Assembly (NCBI GenBank): GCA_964016885.1
Contig: OZ024745.1
Location: 17,856,001 to 17,920,000, forward strand
Source: Eledone cirrhosa
Taxonomy: Eukaryota
DNA: 64,000 nucleotides
Reading direction: 5' to 3'
Made by a program: the position numbers and the translations under genes. Every line of letters begins with the position of its first letter. Position 1 is the first letter of the stretch. The notes beneath the pieces were generated by a model. The model had not been told where the DNA came from. It was given only the letters and a program-made list of their open reading frames with translations, and did not search any database. Positions 13,495-27,909 of the stretch are shown piece after piece.

Positions 13495-13644
13495 TATATA
13501 TATATACATATATATATATATGAGGTTAAATGCACATAAATATGTTGAAATATATTTGGCAAAAACAATACAGTCTGTTTTATATCATCATTTGCCCATA
13601 ACTATATTTCTACCGCGTTTTACCGGCATTCTGAAAATTATCAG

Positions 13645-13689
<45 letters not shown>

Positions 13690-14601
13690 GGTGTGTGTGT
13701 GTGTGCGCGCGCCCGTGTGTGTGCGCGCGTGTGTGCGCGTGTGTGAGCGTATGTGTATACACGTATTCTGTCTTTTTGGGCAGATATAAATGTGTATATT
13801 TGATGCGATTCGTTCATTTAAATAAATACTCGGGTCTGTTATATGTGATTTCGTAACATAATCCCGCGAAAGGTTTTCCAATTTGCAGAGTTAATCAAAT
13901 ATTCGAGATCATAGAATAAATATCATTAACAAATATGGAAGAGATTTAAACACAAAGATCGATATATGATGAAATTCTAGGGAATATGAACCATTCTTCA
14001 AAATAACTGTCCAATAATTGCTCATACGATTTGCAGAACATAATTATCATAGATACATGACTAGATGAAAACACTAAAATTCACATAGACTTTATTAACT
14101 GGTCATATATCTGCAATAAACGGAGAAACATGAAGAATAAAATATAAGCTGATTCTAACAAGTACTCTGGTTCTTTGTGGAATATGCTGGCACAGACAAG
14201 AAATATTATAGAAGCCCAGTTTTATTGTCACCTAATATGAACGAAGCTAGTTATTCTAATTTTCTGCATTCAAGCAATCCTAATAAAAAATGCTCTACTA
14301 TTGAATATCAGTTGGCACCATTTTTACAACAGTTTTGTCTGACATTTCATTCCTGAAACTGCAGTGCCGAAGATAGATACATATCATAGGGAATAATTAG
14401 AAGATGTGAAGGAATATTTAAATATGGTTAAACATGTAAACAGTAGGGAATTGAGAGAGAAAGAAAAAGAGATGGAAAGAGAAAAAACAGAAAGAAAAAA
14501 GAAAGAGAGAGAATGAAAGATCAATAAATAGATAGAAAAAGATAGATAATTAAATAGGATGATATATATGTATGTAGATATAGATATATATATATATATA
14601 T

Positions 14602-14705
<104 letters not shown>

Positions 14706-14779
14706 GTAGATAGATAGATAGAGAGATAGAAATATAGATGGATGGACACAGAGAGAGTGGGGTTAGCATGTAGTCTTAT

Positions 14780-15580
14780 CATGCCGGAGACGCATCCACA
14801 TTTTTCATTGTTTCCGACATTCGCTCATCCGATATGTATTTACCAGCTAGACTCTACCTTAACTTTCACCATAACCCCACGACGACCACCATATAATATG
14901 ACCTAATAGCTCTCTGTCCTTCGCATTTCGGAACTTGCAGAATAGATTTGGTATACACGGCTAAATGCAGGAGAAAATGACAGGGACGCCTGATGATACA
15001 AAGCTAGGTTATTTATATTCCGAAACTTTTAACTATCACTATACTTCTCAGCTGCCCTTTCTCCGGCATTACAAATAATTCGGATTTATTGCATTTCCGT
15101 GAGCACTAACTTATTTTCTCCAGTAGAATATGAGCCGTATTAGGTAAGCAGTTGGTTTGGTATTCCTTGGCTACATACCTCCAGACTCGAAAAATTACAA
15201 TGTTTCATTTCTAAAAAGAGGAATGAACATCTCACATATACATGCGTTATGATATACAGTTGATAGCTAACGTCCGAAACACAAAAAAAAAGACTTTTAT
15301 AACTTCTTTTTAACAAAATACGTGAGTAATGCTTGAATAGTCACTGCTTCAGTCTCTCTCGCTCTCACCATCTGTCACTGCAAAATCCAAATATTTCTTT
15401 CTTCATCACACTTCGCATTACCCCGAAGTCACATTCTTACTTTCTAAGCTCCAATTTGAAGAAAATAGAAAACTATAAGATTTTCCCAACATGATAGTGT
15501 TACGAATTTATAAGAGGGTTTTCTCTACCTGACACCATTTTCCCTTAACGCAACTTTTAACATGTTCGAAATATGCATTC
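14780..15580 (+). mobile_element. Highly decayed CR1/L2-like LINE 3' region
   Basis: Only faint traces of RP.LEY..VW, LEK.Q and RGH..KL / FS.R..LP-like segments in shifting frames. Confidence 0.25.
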
Positions 15581-15581
15581 T

Positions 15582-15669
<88 letters not shown>

Positions 15670-15709
15670 TTCAAAATATTAACAAAATAGATATTCTTGT
15701 GATCAAGTA

Positions 15710-15776
15710 TATTTTACTATACATATTTCAGAGGTACTGAGTTAAGTTCAACAGTACGTCCTCATCAGATAAAATA
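15710..15776 (-). ncRNA. Type I hammerhead (left arm)
   Basis: TATTTTAT-CTGATGA-GGacGTACTG..CAGTACcTCT-GAAA-TATGTA-TA-GTAAAATA. Confidence 0.8.
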
Positions 15777-18079
15777 AGATGATGCATGACATACCCTGAC
15801 ATAGTAGATGGTTAAGATTCAATCATGGTAGTGAGTAATATATGACAAAACTCAATATTTATACCTTAATATTGAGAATATGAGAAAAATATATAATACA
15901 TACAATAGAGAGGGTGCGTGTAATATCGCTTAAAAAATACATGGCATCAATATAACAGTTAAACGATTTTAATTACTGAAGAAAGAGGAAAGAAGGGAAA
16001 GTATAGAGGAAGAAAAAGCTGATGGGATAATATAGTTAGTAGGTGCCGTGAAAGAAAATGAGAGATGATTAAAGAGAGAGAGAGAGACCAAGGGGAATAA
16101 TTTATGTTCAAGTTTATAGACAATTATCCATATATACAATATATATCTAGACTTATTTGGTTGACCATTAATATTCAAAATATTTAATTTAAGTTAGTTC
16201 AGAGTAATGAATAATATTTTACGTTTTAAAAGTTAATAGGTATCTGTATTAATATTATATTATACTATCAAGTTTAATTTCTAAAATTCAAATTTTATGA
16301 AATCAAATTTAAAGGATGTACGAACACGACAAAGAAAATATATAATGTTTATATAACCTCACGAAGGTAAACTTTACCAAAATTATTTATAATATTGACA
16401 ACAGTTTATATAATATAATTTATAAAATAATTATAGTTATAATAATTAAAGAATTTATTATTAACAATTTGAGTGCCTAAAGGATCAACAGGCCTTATAA
16501 TTAAACTTAAAGAAGTCTGAATTTGAAATTATATATATGTGTTAATCAAAAAATATACAAGGATTATATTGCCTAAAGTTTTAAGGTGATACCTTTCAAA
16601 TATACATAACATAATATAGTAATACAATATAGTAAATAATTTACTGAAAATATTGTTAAAAAATATTGTTAAAAATTAATGTTTTATATCAATTATTGTA
16701 AAAGGATCATTTAGTTGATATATACTATAAATATATAAGTCAAAACTACATGAGTCCTAAGGATAAGGGCTAGATACAAAATAAATATAGAAATAAAATG
16801 TGAAAAATAATGAATTGTTTGCGAAATTAAAAAATGCCCAATATTAAAAATATAGTTTAAAATGTAATAGGGTTTTAATATATAGTAGAAAAAAGATACT
16901 TTCTAAAATATCCAGCGAATGTGATAGACAGAGGAGCTAAAGACTTGAAAATGCCGAAGGTAATCTAAATTTAATTAAAATAAATTAAATTATATTAAAT
17001 TAAGTAATAATCATTATATAATTTCGAACATCCAGGGAATATCTAACACTTATAACAATATTTATAAATGTAACTACGAGTATTTTTCACTTTTTATTTT
17101 AATATTTATTTTTTATCTAGCCCTTATCCTTAGGACTCATGTAGTTTTGACTTATATATTTATAGTATATATCAACTAAATGCTCCTTTTACAATAATTG
17201 ATATAAAACATTAATTTTTAACAATATTTTTTTAACAATATTTTCAGTAACTTATTTACTATATTGTATTACTGTATTATGTTATGTATGTTTGAAAGGT
17301 ATCACCTTAAGACTTTAGACAATATAATCCTTGTATATTTTTTGATTAACACATATATATAATTTAAAATTCAGACTTTTTTAAGTTTAATTATAAGGCC
17401 TATTGATCCTTTAGGCACTCAAATTGTTAATCATAAATTGTTTAATAATTATAACTATAATTATTTTATAAATTATATTATATAAACTGTTGTCAATATT
17501 ATAAATAATGTTGGTAAAGTTTACCTTCGTGAGGTTATATAAACATTATATATTTTCTTTCTCGGGTTCGTAAATCCTTTAAATTTGATTTCATAAAATT
17601 TGAATTTTAGAAATTAAACTTGATAGTATAATATAATATTAATACAGATACCTATTAACTTTTAAAACGTAAAATATTATTCATTACTCTGAAGTAACTT
17701 TAATTAAATATTTTGAATATTAACAGTCAACCAAATAAGTTTACATATATATTGTATATATGGATAATTGTCTATAAACTTGAACATAAGTTATTCCCCT
17801 TGGTCTCTCTCTTTAATCATCTCTCATTTTCTTTCGCGGCACCTACTAACTATATTATCCCATCATCTTTTTCTTCCTCTATGCTTTCCCTTCTTTCCTC
17901 TTTCTTCAGTAATTAAAATTGTTTAACTGTTATATTGATGCCATGTATTTTTTAAGCGAGATTAAACGCACCCTCTCTATTGTATGTATTATATATTTTT
18001 CTCATGTTCTCAATATTAAGGTATGAATATTGACTGAATCTTAACCATCTACTATGTCAGAGTATATCATGCATCATAT

Positions 18080-18146
18080 TATTTTATCTGATGAGGACGT
18101 ACTGTTGAACTTAACTCAGTACTTCTGAAATATGTATAATAAAATA
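18080..18146 (+). ncRNA. Type I hammerhead (right arm)
   Basis: TATTTTAT-CTGATGA-GGacGTACTG..CAGTACtTCT-GAAA-TATGTA-TA-ATAAAATA; perfect 8-bp helix I. Confidence 0.82.
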
Positions 18147-18283
18147 TACTTGATCACAAGAATATCTATTTTGTTAATATTTTGAATTAATATTAATTAC
18201 TCTGGAAAACCAATATTGTTGAGTGCTTCCAATCTATTGTAAAACTCATTCTTTGATTTACTCATTGAACCTTGTTTAACTTT

Positions 18284-18314
<31 letters not shown>

Positions 18315-18320
<6 letters not shown>

Positions 18321-18748
18321 TACAATAACAGAGATAGTTTAAAGCTTATCTCTGACTGGTAACCATCTCACTCAACAAACATTAGGTTATATTTTAATAT
18401 AAACCCAACTTAAGTGTTTGGGGTGCTAACAATATGTATTATGTGGAAAAGCCAGTTGTATTATTTTATGAGATATAATTAAAGTTAAAATATATCTCTC
18501 TTTCCAAACAATTGTTTCATTATAAGTTTTCTACAAATTCGGAGAATATTTCCAGTTTATGTAGAAGCCTAATATACATTCATGTAAGAATATATTTAGG
18601 TGGGTGTTTATAAATCATCAGTGGAAGCCCATCCAAACAATTGTTTCATTATAAGTTTTCTACAAATTCGGAGAATATTTCCAGTTTATGTAGAAGCCTA
18701 ATATACATTCATGTAAGAATATATTTAGGTGGGCGCTTATAAATCATC
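18315..18748 (-). mobile_element. pLTR/retrozyme-like fragment with a tandemly duplicated ~130-bp HHR
   Basis: 18503-18620 is repeated at 18632-18748; the 3' tail runs to (AT)n at 18315. Confidence 0.7.
18502..18626 (-). ncRNA. Type I hammerhead with ~95-nt helix II region
   Basis: TTCCA-CTGATGA-tTTATAA...TTATAAt-GAAA-CAATTG-TT-TGGAA. Confidence 0.7.
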
Positions 18749-18809
18749 TTTCTCTCTCTCTCTCTCACACACACACATACACATACACACATGTATATAT
18801 ATATATATA

Positions 18810-19577
18810 AACTATAATAAAGGAAGGTCTGCGGGACTGCGTATAATTTATTTTGTTATCCCGTTTGTAAAATAAGTTGGATTACTTTGAATAAATAATG
18901 AATGAATATTACATAATTTATCTAAAAAATTTCGTAAACAAAAATAATTTTGTAAAAATATATATTTAAAATTGACTTCTTTTCAAAGTTGCACTTCCGG
19001 TATATCGTTGTCACCACCAACACTTCAACTACCATCTAAGCTATAATAAAGGATGATCTGCGGGACTGCGTTCGGTTTATTTTTTTTAATCCCGTTTGTA
19101 AAATAAGTTGGATTACTTTGAATAAATAATGAATTAATATTACATAATTTATCTACTAAATTTCGTAAACAAAAATAATTTCGTAAAAATAAATAATTTA
19201 AAATTTACTTCTTTTCAAAGTTGCACTTCCGGTATATCAATGCCACCAGCACCACTTCAACTACCATATATATATAGAAAGGGAGAATGTGTGATGTCAA
19301 CACCTCCGGTGGCGAGCGCTTAATTAAACATACTAATTTTCTGTCACTAATTTTCGCCTAATAGAGTTTATATATAATATCCTCTTTTTTTAATGTATCA
19401 TGGATTACGTTACTGATTAAATGAGATAATCTAACACAGTCTTCTTTCAATTTCTGTGTATATTGTCAATTACGATATTATTTGATCATATCTACATGTA
19501 TATATACTTGCGTATAATATCAATATACACATTACACATGCTAGCAGAAAACCACCCGAGGGTGGTTTTTCTGCTAG
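18810..19577 (+). mobile_element. Possible non-autonomous Helitron: ~230-bp tandem pair and hairpin+CTAG 3' end
   Basis: 18810-19035 is repeated at 19040-19266, both starting CTATAATAAAGGA. The end is CCACC-cgag-GGTGG..CTAG|T at 19552-19577. The repeat is certain; the Helitron call is inference. Confidence 0.35.
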
Positions 19578-19587
19578 TATATATAAA

Positions 19588-19762
19588 TGTTTCTACTTTA
19601 GGCACAAGGCCAGCAATTACCCAGTGCATTAATGGTACTTTATTTTATCGACCCCGTAAGGATGAAAGGCAAAGTCAACCTCGGCGGGATTTGAACTTAG
19701 ATCGTAAAGGGACGTACTATGCTGGAAAGCATGGCGTCCGACCCTCTACCGATACTGCCAAT
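19588..19762 (-). mobile_element. tRNA-derived SINE (octopod-type), full length
   Basis: A box GGCAGTATCGGTAG, B box GTTCAAATCC, central GCCTTTCATCCTTACGGGGTCGATAAAATAAAGTACCA, 3' GGCCTTGTGCCTAAAGTAGAAAC. Several near-identical copies in the window. Confidence 0.9.
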
Positions 19763-19877
19763 ACAATTCCTTTTAAAAAGTAGGCAGCGAGTTATTCTAT
19801 ATGTAACCGCTTCTCTAATTATATCACCTTGGCTATTTTTTCATTGAGATGTTTCCGTATATCAATCACCTTCTATA

Positions 19878-20062
<185 letters not shown>

Positions 20063-20143
20063 GTTCTATATGATATATATATAACGTTCTATATGATATA
20101 TATAGGCAGAGAGAAAGAGAGAGACAGAGAGAGAGAGAGTGTT

Positions 20144-20237
<94 letters not shown>

Positions 20238-23028
20238 TGTTGTATTGAAATTTCCAATGATAGCTAATTATAGACAAATATCTATTTTCTAGTTTGCGTT
20301 ATATTCTTTAGAATAAACACCATACAAATTGTAAATGTTCCATGCTACGAAATATATTATTACATGATTTATTATATATTTAAAGAAGAATTTGCTGTAG
20401 GGTGGAATATATAAATGATTAATATATGTGTTTCAGATTCATCGCAACTGTTCTTGGATGCTGGATTTTAGGGATAAACAAGTTATTTCATTCAATGCTT
20501 TATAATTGTTGAAAATATTGACCTCTGAATTGTTATAAATAAATAATATATATTACAGTAAGGTATAGTTATATATTACATAACATTGAAACAATTATTT
20601 TATTAACATTTCTGTATGTATCGTCCATATATGAAAAGATGAAATGCAAGCAGGTTTTCCACATTGTATTTGTAGTCTTTGTGGTATTCCTATTCAGCAT
20701 AATTAAATTGAAAGGCGATCAAAGGAATTTCACCTCTGGCGATCCTCTATATTTATAGTTAACTAAGACTACATGTTTTAATAGCTATTCCTTTCACAAG
20801 AAATAGATTTATTTTGCAATTTCTACCAGAAGTCACCATGTATTGGTAGAATTTATATTGCGGGAGGTCATCATATTTTTATTTAACCTATATTTTTCTT
20901 ACGTAACTACATAACAAGAAAACTGCTTGTATAAGTTATCGCTATAGGTAATATATGTTGTAATTATAAATTATTATTTCCAATTGAAGCCTAAGCTCAC
21001 AATTGGTGCCGTGTTGGGGGATTAATTGGAATCAGCACTGAATTGGTATTTTACATTGCTGACACCTGGAATAACCAAATCCAACGTTCGATTTGAAATC
21101 AGAACGTACAGACCTTGGCCAAATGCCGCAACTCATTTTGTCCGAAATCGTTAATATTCCACCAAATGACAGTATGTAAATATTATAGAAATATAATTAA
21201 CTACAGTGATTCAACGTTCTACTATCATAATGAATAGGAGAATTCTTTCATTATATATTTTAGCACTAGAAAGACGTTAAAGCATATTTAAATTAGAAAA
21301 TGTGGTCAAAATAATTAGTTCTATCACAAAGACTGAGCAAAGGTTATGAAATGTTCAGACTAGCTTCTAAATACGCTGCCAGACGATTATTCTACAGCTA
21401 ATTAGTAAAGATTTTTAAAATGTACAATCAGAAACTTTGTAAAGTGAAAATATAATTCGGTAATAGAATATTGCACACTAACTCATACAATCTTCCTCTA
21501 TTCTATTTATCTCGAAGTCACTTTTATTCTTGAATTTCAACAATTATGAGAGATCGCATGAGTAAAAAGCATGTCTAATAAATATAACAACAAGAAATAA
21601 TTTGATTTAGCTGATATGAATAAAGTAATTGCAATTTTAATTAGCAGCGACAGACGTAAATATATTTGTGTCATAATTATTGAACACAATACGTATGAAG
21701 ATTTGATTGAGATTAACCTCGATACGACTACAAACGTTGCAGCCGGATTTCTTTGCCAATAATGTTTATTGACTTCACTGAGATTTTAATTGTAATTCTT
21801 CTGCACAAAAAGTAGTCTCTCTTCCTAATAATAATAATATATTTCAGCCTGTAGGGGAAAGTAAATGAAACATTTCTATTGCCAAGATATATATATGATT
21901 GTAACTGATTTTTAAATTGTAGAAATAAAATTCAATGATTGTTTGTATTCTTCCTGTCATCCTCTCAGGGGAGATACCCAGTAATGGAAAGGCACAATAA
22001 ATTGAACTACTAATAGATTTCATTAATAGTTTTCCTGCTCTGCTTTGGAACTTTACGTGTAGCGTAATTCATCTAACAAATAACGCTGCTTCCTTTTGTC
22101 GAATGTTATAATTGAAACCAAACATACACAAGAACTCATAAACATAATCGCAAAACTACGAATGCACACTTACAAATATATATGCATGCACAAATACATA
22201 CACGCATACGAAGTTTTGTATGGGTTGTCTGCATTTTATAAAATATATTAACTTTTGTGAACTTGTCTGACCTCATGAATTTTCTTGCAAGACTCTATGA
22301 CGTTGAGTTAATTCAATCAAAACTAATAGGTTTCTAAAGGATGTAACACCTATGGCTCAACACATGTTTACACTTAGATATAATGAGGCATGTATTGTAT
22401 ATATATACGCTGGAATATATAGCGACCTGACGACAAGCAGTACAAAATCTATATAAAATAATTTGCATAAACAAATAACAGTACGGAAATAAGACAAAAC
22501 ACATGAACCTAAAGGGAAGTACTATTAAATGGTCACTATACACACATATCTTAAATAAAATCTGAACCATACTATTGCTGACATAGATTGCACTGTACAA
22601 ATCTGGGCGGCACTCCCCACAAAACTAACACACCGTGTACATGGTGAATTCAGATATTATGAATAACACCAAAATGTTCATTTCTATTCTCCGGAAACCA
22701 TTTCTACAAAAAGTATATTAGTTGATATTAGTTGATATAAGGATGGGCGAGGGCAGTGTTCATTTCTTCCTTTTAATATAAAGGTAAATAATGTATTAAA
22801 ATATGTATTTTATATAGTAGAATCTCATTCAAATGAATGTTTAATAGTTTTACTGTATATCCAGTTTATTTCAGCTTTCAATAAACCTTGTCACAGTTAT
22901 CATTATGATTTCTTAATAGTTCCAGCGTTCGAATATTCTCAAAATCATCTACATACCTAGTTCACATTGTCTTTTACTTCTTTTAAATAAATACTTAAAT
23001 CCAACCGTATATTCATACATGCATATAT

Positions 23029-23110
<82 letters not shown>

Positions 23111-23154
23111 ATATATATATATATATGTATGTGTGTGTGTATGTGTATATATAC

Positions 23155-23230
<76 letters not shown>

Positions 23231-24726
23231 AGATAAGTTGATAGATAGATAATTGTGTGATATGTTATGTATGTGTATGATAAGCGCACCTACACACAGA
23301 TACACACACGTTTGCATATTAACTATTGCCATCGAAATCTATGAAAGAAAGTATGTATATAGGTTGATGTATTTAAGTGTGTTGTATTTTACGTCATGTT
23401 TCTAACGTGTTTGTTTGTATGTCAGTTCTGTTCATTTGTGCTGTTGTTATATACAATTACCTACTCTCAGTTATTATTTCTGAGCATGTCATCTTCTTAC
23501 AATCCCTATATTCAACGTCCATTATTCTCATTTTTCAATAAACATTACTGTTTTATTGACAGTGGAGTTTCGCAGAGTTTGAATTAAAGTTGTAGAGAAA
23601 ATTCTGGTGCACTCGTGGAATTCAACTCGATTGTATTATACGAAAAATAATAAAATACGAATGCATTGAACATTAAATCCACTATCTTCAATCTACTTTT
23701 AAGCAACTCTATAGCAAATAATGAAAGCATCGAGATTAAAACAGTTGGGAAAAAAAGTTCCCCACGATAAAAATATTTTTCTAAGAACAAATATAATAAA
23801 ATTCTAATGATCAACAGTATAAACACGGGTGACATGAATGGTTTCTCTCTGCGAAATGCAACACAAAGGAATTCATCCATTACTGATAAGACTGTTAAAG
23901 TGACATTCCGTTCTAAAACTGTTAGGGAATTGATCTTTATGTTTCAATAAACAACATTCTAGAAGCGACAAAGAAGGCTGTGTGTGCGTGTAGCGGCAGA
24001 ATAAAATTAAATATTGAACGAACGTCGCAATACAGCAAGTAGTTGGGGTTTCTAGTTTATATGTATTTTACTTCTTTCTCTCTGTTTTATGTTGTAATAT
24101 ATTAATATATATTTCAATTTTTTATATTTTATTTCTTTTCCATTTATTTTTTCCTTGTGAACATTTTCCATCAGTGTTCACTTGGGCTAAACCGTTTCGA
24201 ATAAAGCATTTTATAGGCTGCTATCACATAGGCAGGTTCCGGATGACATGGAGCGGTGAAAATATAAACAAAAATATCTGATTTGATTTCAATCGAGCAA
24301 AAGAAAAATGAAAAAGAAACTATATTTAATCACCTTGTTTATTGCATCATCTTCGTATTAAATACAATGTTGCTAGCGATAGATATCATTTACTAAGATT
24401 TACTTCTAGTTTTATATTGAATATCATTTCAAAAACACATCAAAATGTGATAATTATTAAAAGTTTCATTAGTCCGTGCTGCGAATTTCCTAAAAGATGT
24501 TTCTTTTCTTAACATTGCGAATATTTCTTTGATTATTATCATTTCTTTCCTGTTCTGCACTATGAATTTATGCTGATAATAAAATTACACTTATATATGT
24601 CAGAAATAAATGTATTTCAATAATTAGAAACGCATGTGAGAAACATGCAAGTGTGTGTGCGACAAAATATATGTGTCTCTATGTGGTACCAACAATAATT
24701 ATATTTTCGCTGATCATGATATTAAG

Positions 24727-24767
<41 letters not shown>

Positions 24768-24789
24768 ATGGTTTGGGAAGGTCATGTTG

Positions 24790-24873
<84 letters not shown>

Positions 24874-25310
24874 CTTACAACCTGTTGTAATGTAATAAGA
24901 TAAAATGTACTTACAACCATAATTCTTCATATAATCTAATTGATTATATATACAATATTACAACTCATAATATAGCTAAATCATTTTTTTTTAATTCTGG
25001 ATTCAAATTTCACCATTCCTACAAACTGTTAATTCTTTTTAAATTAACGTAAATTCAAGCTCTTTCTTTCTTTCTCTTTCCTCTTCTTGCACAGACATTC
25101 ATATGTCCTAATAATTATTTAAATCTACATAGCGTCTAAAAATAACGTTTTTTCTCAGCCCTAAACTTCAACCTCTTTTGCATACTCATCTTAATAATTT
25201 GAAATATTTGACTTTTCTTCTCTTTCCCTTCTGTCTTTTTCTATCCAGGAAATACTTGAACCATTAAGATCTTCTTCCTGGTTATGTCAATATTTATAAA
25301 ACAAACTTTG

Positions 25311-25371
25311 TATTTTATCTGATGAGGGCGTCCCAAAGTTTTGGTACCCTTGAAATATATATAATAGAATA
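25311..25371 (+). ncRNA. Type I hammerhead of a multi-copy pLTR-like family
   Basis: TATTTTAT-CTGATGA-GGG..CCCtt-GAAA-TATATA-TA-ATAGAATA, followed by the family tail AAATATGGTTTTATAAATATAGTTTCCATTTATTAATAT. Confidence 0.8.
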
Positions 25372-25409
25372 AATATGGTTTTATAAATATAGTTTCCATT
25401 TATTAATAT

Positions 25410-25464
<55 letters not shown>

Positions 25465-25467
<3 letters not shown>

Positions 25468-25895
25468 TTCTTGTGCCGCTAAACTCCGCCAGTTTCAGAC
25501 TGCGCATTAACATGTGGTATCTCTGCATAAAGTTCGATCACTGGAAGTAGATTTCAAAGATCAAAGATTAAGTCCAGTCCATAAGTTGACATTGTCAATC
25601 CATCGTTTTGGCTGCCGGCTTCTGCTTCTCCTACCAGCCAACCTGCCTTCCAGACATAACCTACTCACACCACGAGTTGATCTTTTTACATGGCCGTATA
25701 GTTTGAGTACTCTTGACTTTTGAAATTGATGTAATTGGTCTACGTTTGGTAATGTTGAGCAGCTGACTGATACAGACATGGTCTCTGAGCTGCTTGTCTT
25801 TTATAAGTCTCATGAGGAGGTTCTGGAATGTAGAGAACTTCTGAAGTGACATTGTCGCCCAATTAACACAGTCAAGACCATATAACACAACTGGT
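25465..25895 (-). mobile_element. RTE-clade LINE 3' fragment
   Basis: ORF pieces LYG..NW and LKLYGHVKR...LEGRLAGRRSRSRQPKRWIDNV, typical of an RTE C-terminus. Confidence 0.75.
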
Positions 25896-25919
25896 TATAT
25901 ATATATATATATATATATA

Positions 25920-26215
<296 letters not shown>

Positions 26216-26257
26216 TCTAAAAGGGTATTGTCAATATTTATTTATAAAACAAATCTG

Positions 26258-26325
26258 TATCTTATCTGATGAAAGCGCACCATAATTTAACTTGGTCGCC
26301 CTTTAAATATATATATAATAAAATA
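26258..26325 (+). ncRNA. Decayed hammerhead (GAAA>TAAA) of the 25311 family
   Basis: CTGATGA, helix II remnant, TAAA-TATATA.., same family tail. A further deleted copy lies at about 27742-27830. Confidence 0.6.
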
Positions 26326-26599
26326 ATTATGGTTTTATAAATATAGTTTCCATTTATTAATATATTGTATATATATATATATACAGATATATACAGATAT
26401 ACAAACAGAATAGATCACCACGGATCAACAACTAACGCTTTATTCAATTTATCTAATCATGTTTCATTCTCTAAAGATATTCTTTAAAATACTTTCATCG
26501 GAATCAATTATATATACAACATATTAAAAAGTGTAAAAACGATGTATGATATTTGCGTACCAGCATCGTTTCAGCGGTAGATTGTATACAAACATTTTA

Positions 26600-27290
26600 A
26601 TATGTTTATATAATTGATCCTAGTGATCTCTCTAGGATCATTATTCAAGATTCATGACCATAGTTAAGGGTTGACTCGATTACCGAATTGTAGATACTGA
26701 GTTTCGCTTTTACACCTACCTCCCTTCTTCTGATTACGGAATGTTGAAGCTGGCGCATTACTGCAGAATTTCCAGCAATTTCTGCAATTAATTCAGCCTC
26801 ATGCCTTCCATCACTCGTGAACAGGCTCGGAGATATTTGAACGTCTACACCTGCTTCATATGCCTATTCGAGTTCTAAAGATGAAGAATATACCTCATGG
26901 CAATACCCACACGATTTTTTGAAGAACTGCCACAATTTGAATATTTAGTGGGCTCTGCTGCATCCGGGGCAAAAGCCGCACTGTTCATCAGCTATCTTGG
27001 ACTCCACAATCTCCCTACATCTCTTAGCTAGACACTTAGCATAGACATTAGCTGGGAGGATTAACACGGAGAACCCTCTGTAATCGGAACAATCTCTCTT
27101 GTCTACCTTTTTAAAAATTGGCATTATCTCTCCTGGCCAACCGGCACACACGAGTCAACCAGAGAATATCATCTCTATTTAATGCTTTAATATCTCTGGC
27201 AGGATTTTTCTCTATTGGCCTTGCCATAGTGGAGCTCTTCAATTGATCTTGTGACTTTTGCCTCCGAGAGATTATTCGCCGCTCCCATAT
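26600..27290 (-). mobile_element. Decayed RTE/Rex3-like LINE RT fragment
   Basis: EAKVTRSIEELHYGKA; IMPIFKKVDKRDCSDYRGFSVL...EQCGF.PG. Confidence 0.75.
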
Positions 27291-27909
27291 TAATGATAAA
27301 ATATAAAATAAAAAACGTATTATTGAATTGAAAATGAATATACAAAATGAGAAGAGGAAGAGAAAGAGAGAAATGAAGGGAGAAAACAAAGAATGAAGGG
27401 GGGAAAAAGGGGAGGAAAAAGATTTTAGGAAATTTTTCCTTGTTTGAGTGGGTGTGTTTGGTTGCAAGTGTTTGCATAGAGGTTATTCAAATCCATAGAT
27501 TACTATTTATTGTCTGATGAAGAATAATTACATATTTAATTGTGGTTTGTATTTGTTAATGAATTGTTTTTCTATATTTATTACCTATTGTTTAGTGAAA
27601 GGGTCTGAGATTCGTCCCGTGTTTTCAATGCAGATTCTTTGACGTTGTGTGGTCGTTTTTTGCGAAATATATACGGCAGTCAGCGAGCTTATACTATTAA
27701 GACTATGCTAAGTTATGTCAATATCTTAACACCAAATATTATATCTTTTCTGATGAAAGCACACAAAAACTTCGTGTCCTATAATAAAATAAATATGGTA
27801 TTATAAATGATATTTTCCATTTATTAATATTGTTAATATTAATAATACTCCAGATGAATCTTGTAAAGTGCTTCAAATCTGTTATGAAAATAACTTTGTT
27901 AAATAATAA

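Larger units (their letters stand above)
15665..18290 (+). mobile_element. Fold-back element with ~1.1 kb arms, a terminal HHR on each arm and a decayed Naiad-like ORF remnant
   Basis: About 15665-16780 is the reverse complement of about 17110-18190. The right arm extends to (AT)n at about 18290. Confidence 0.85.

Noticed and set aside
27510-27680. Possible long-helix-II hammerhead (CTGATGA at about 27514, GAAA-TATATA at about 27664)
   Set aside because: The cleavage dinucleotide and helix II are not convincing; too decayed to call.
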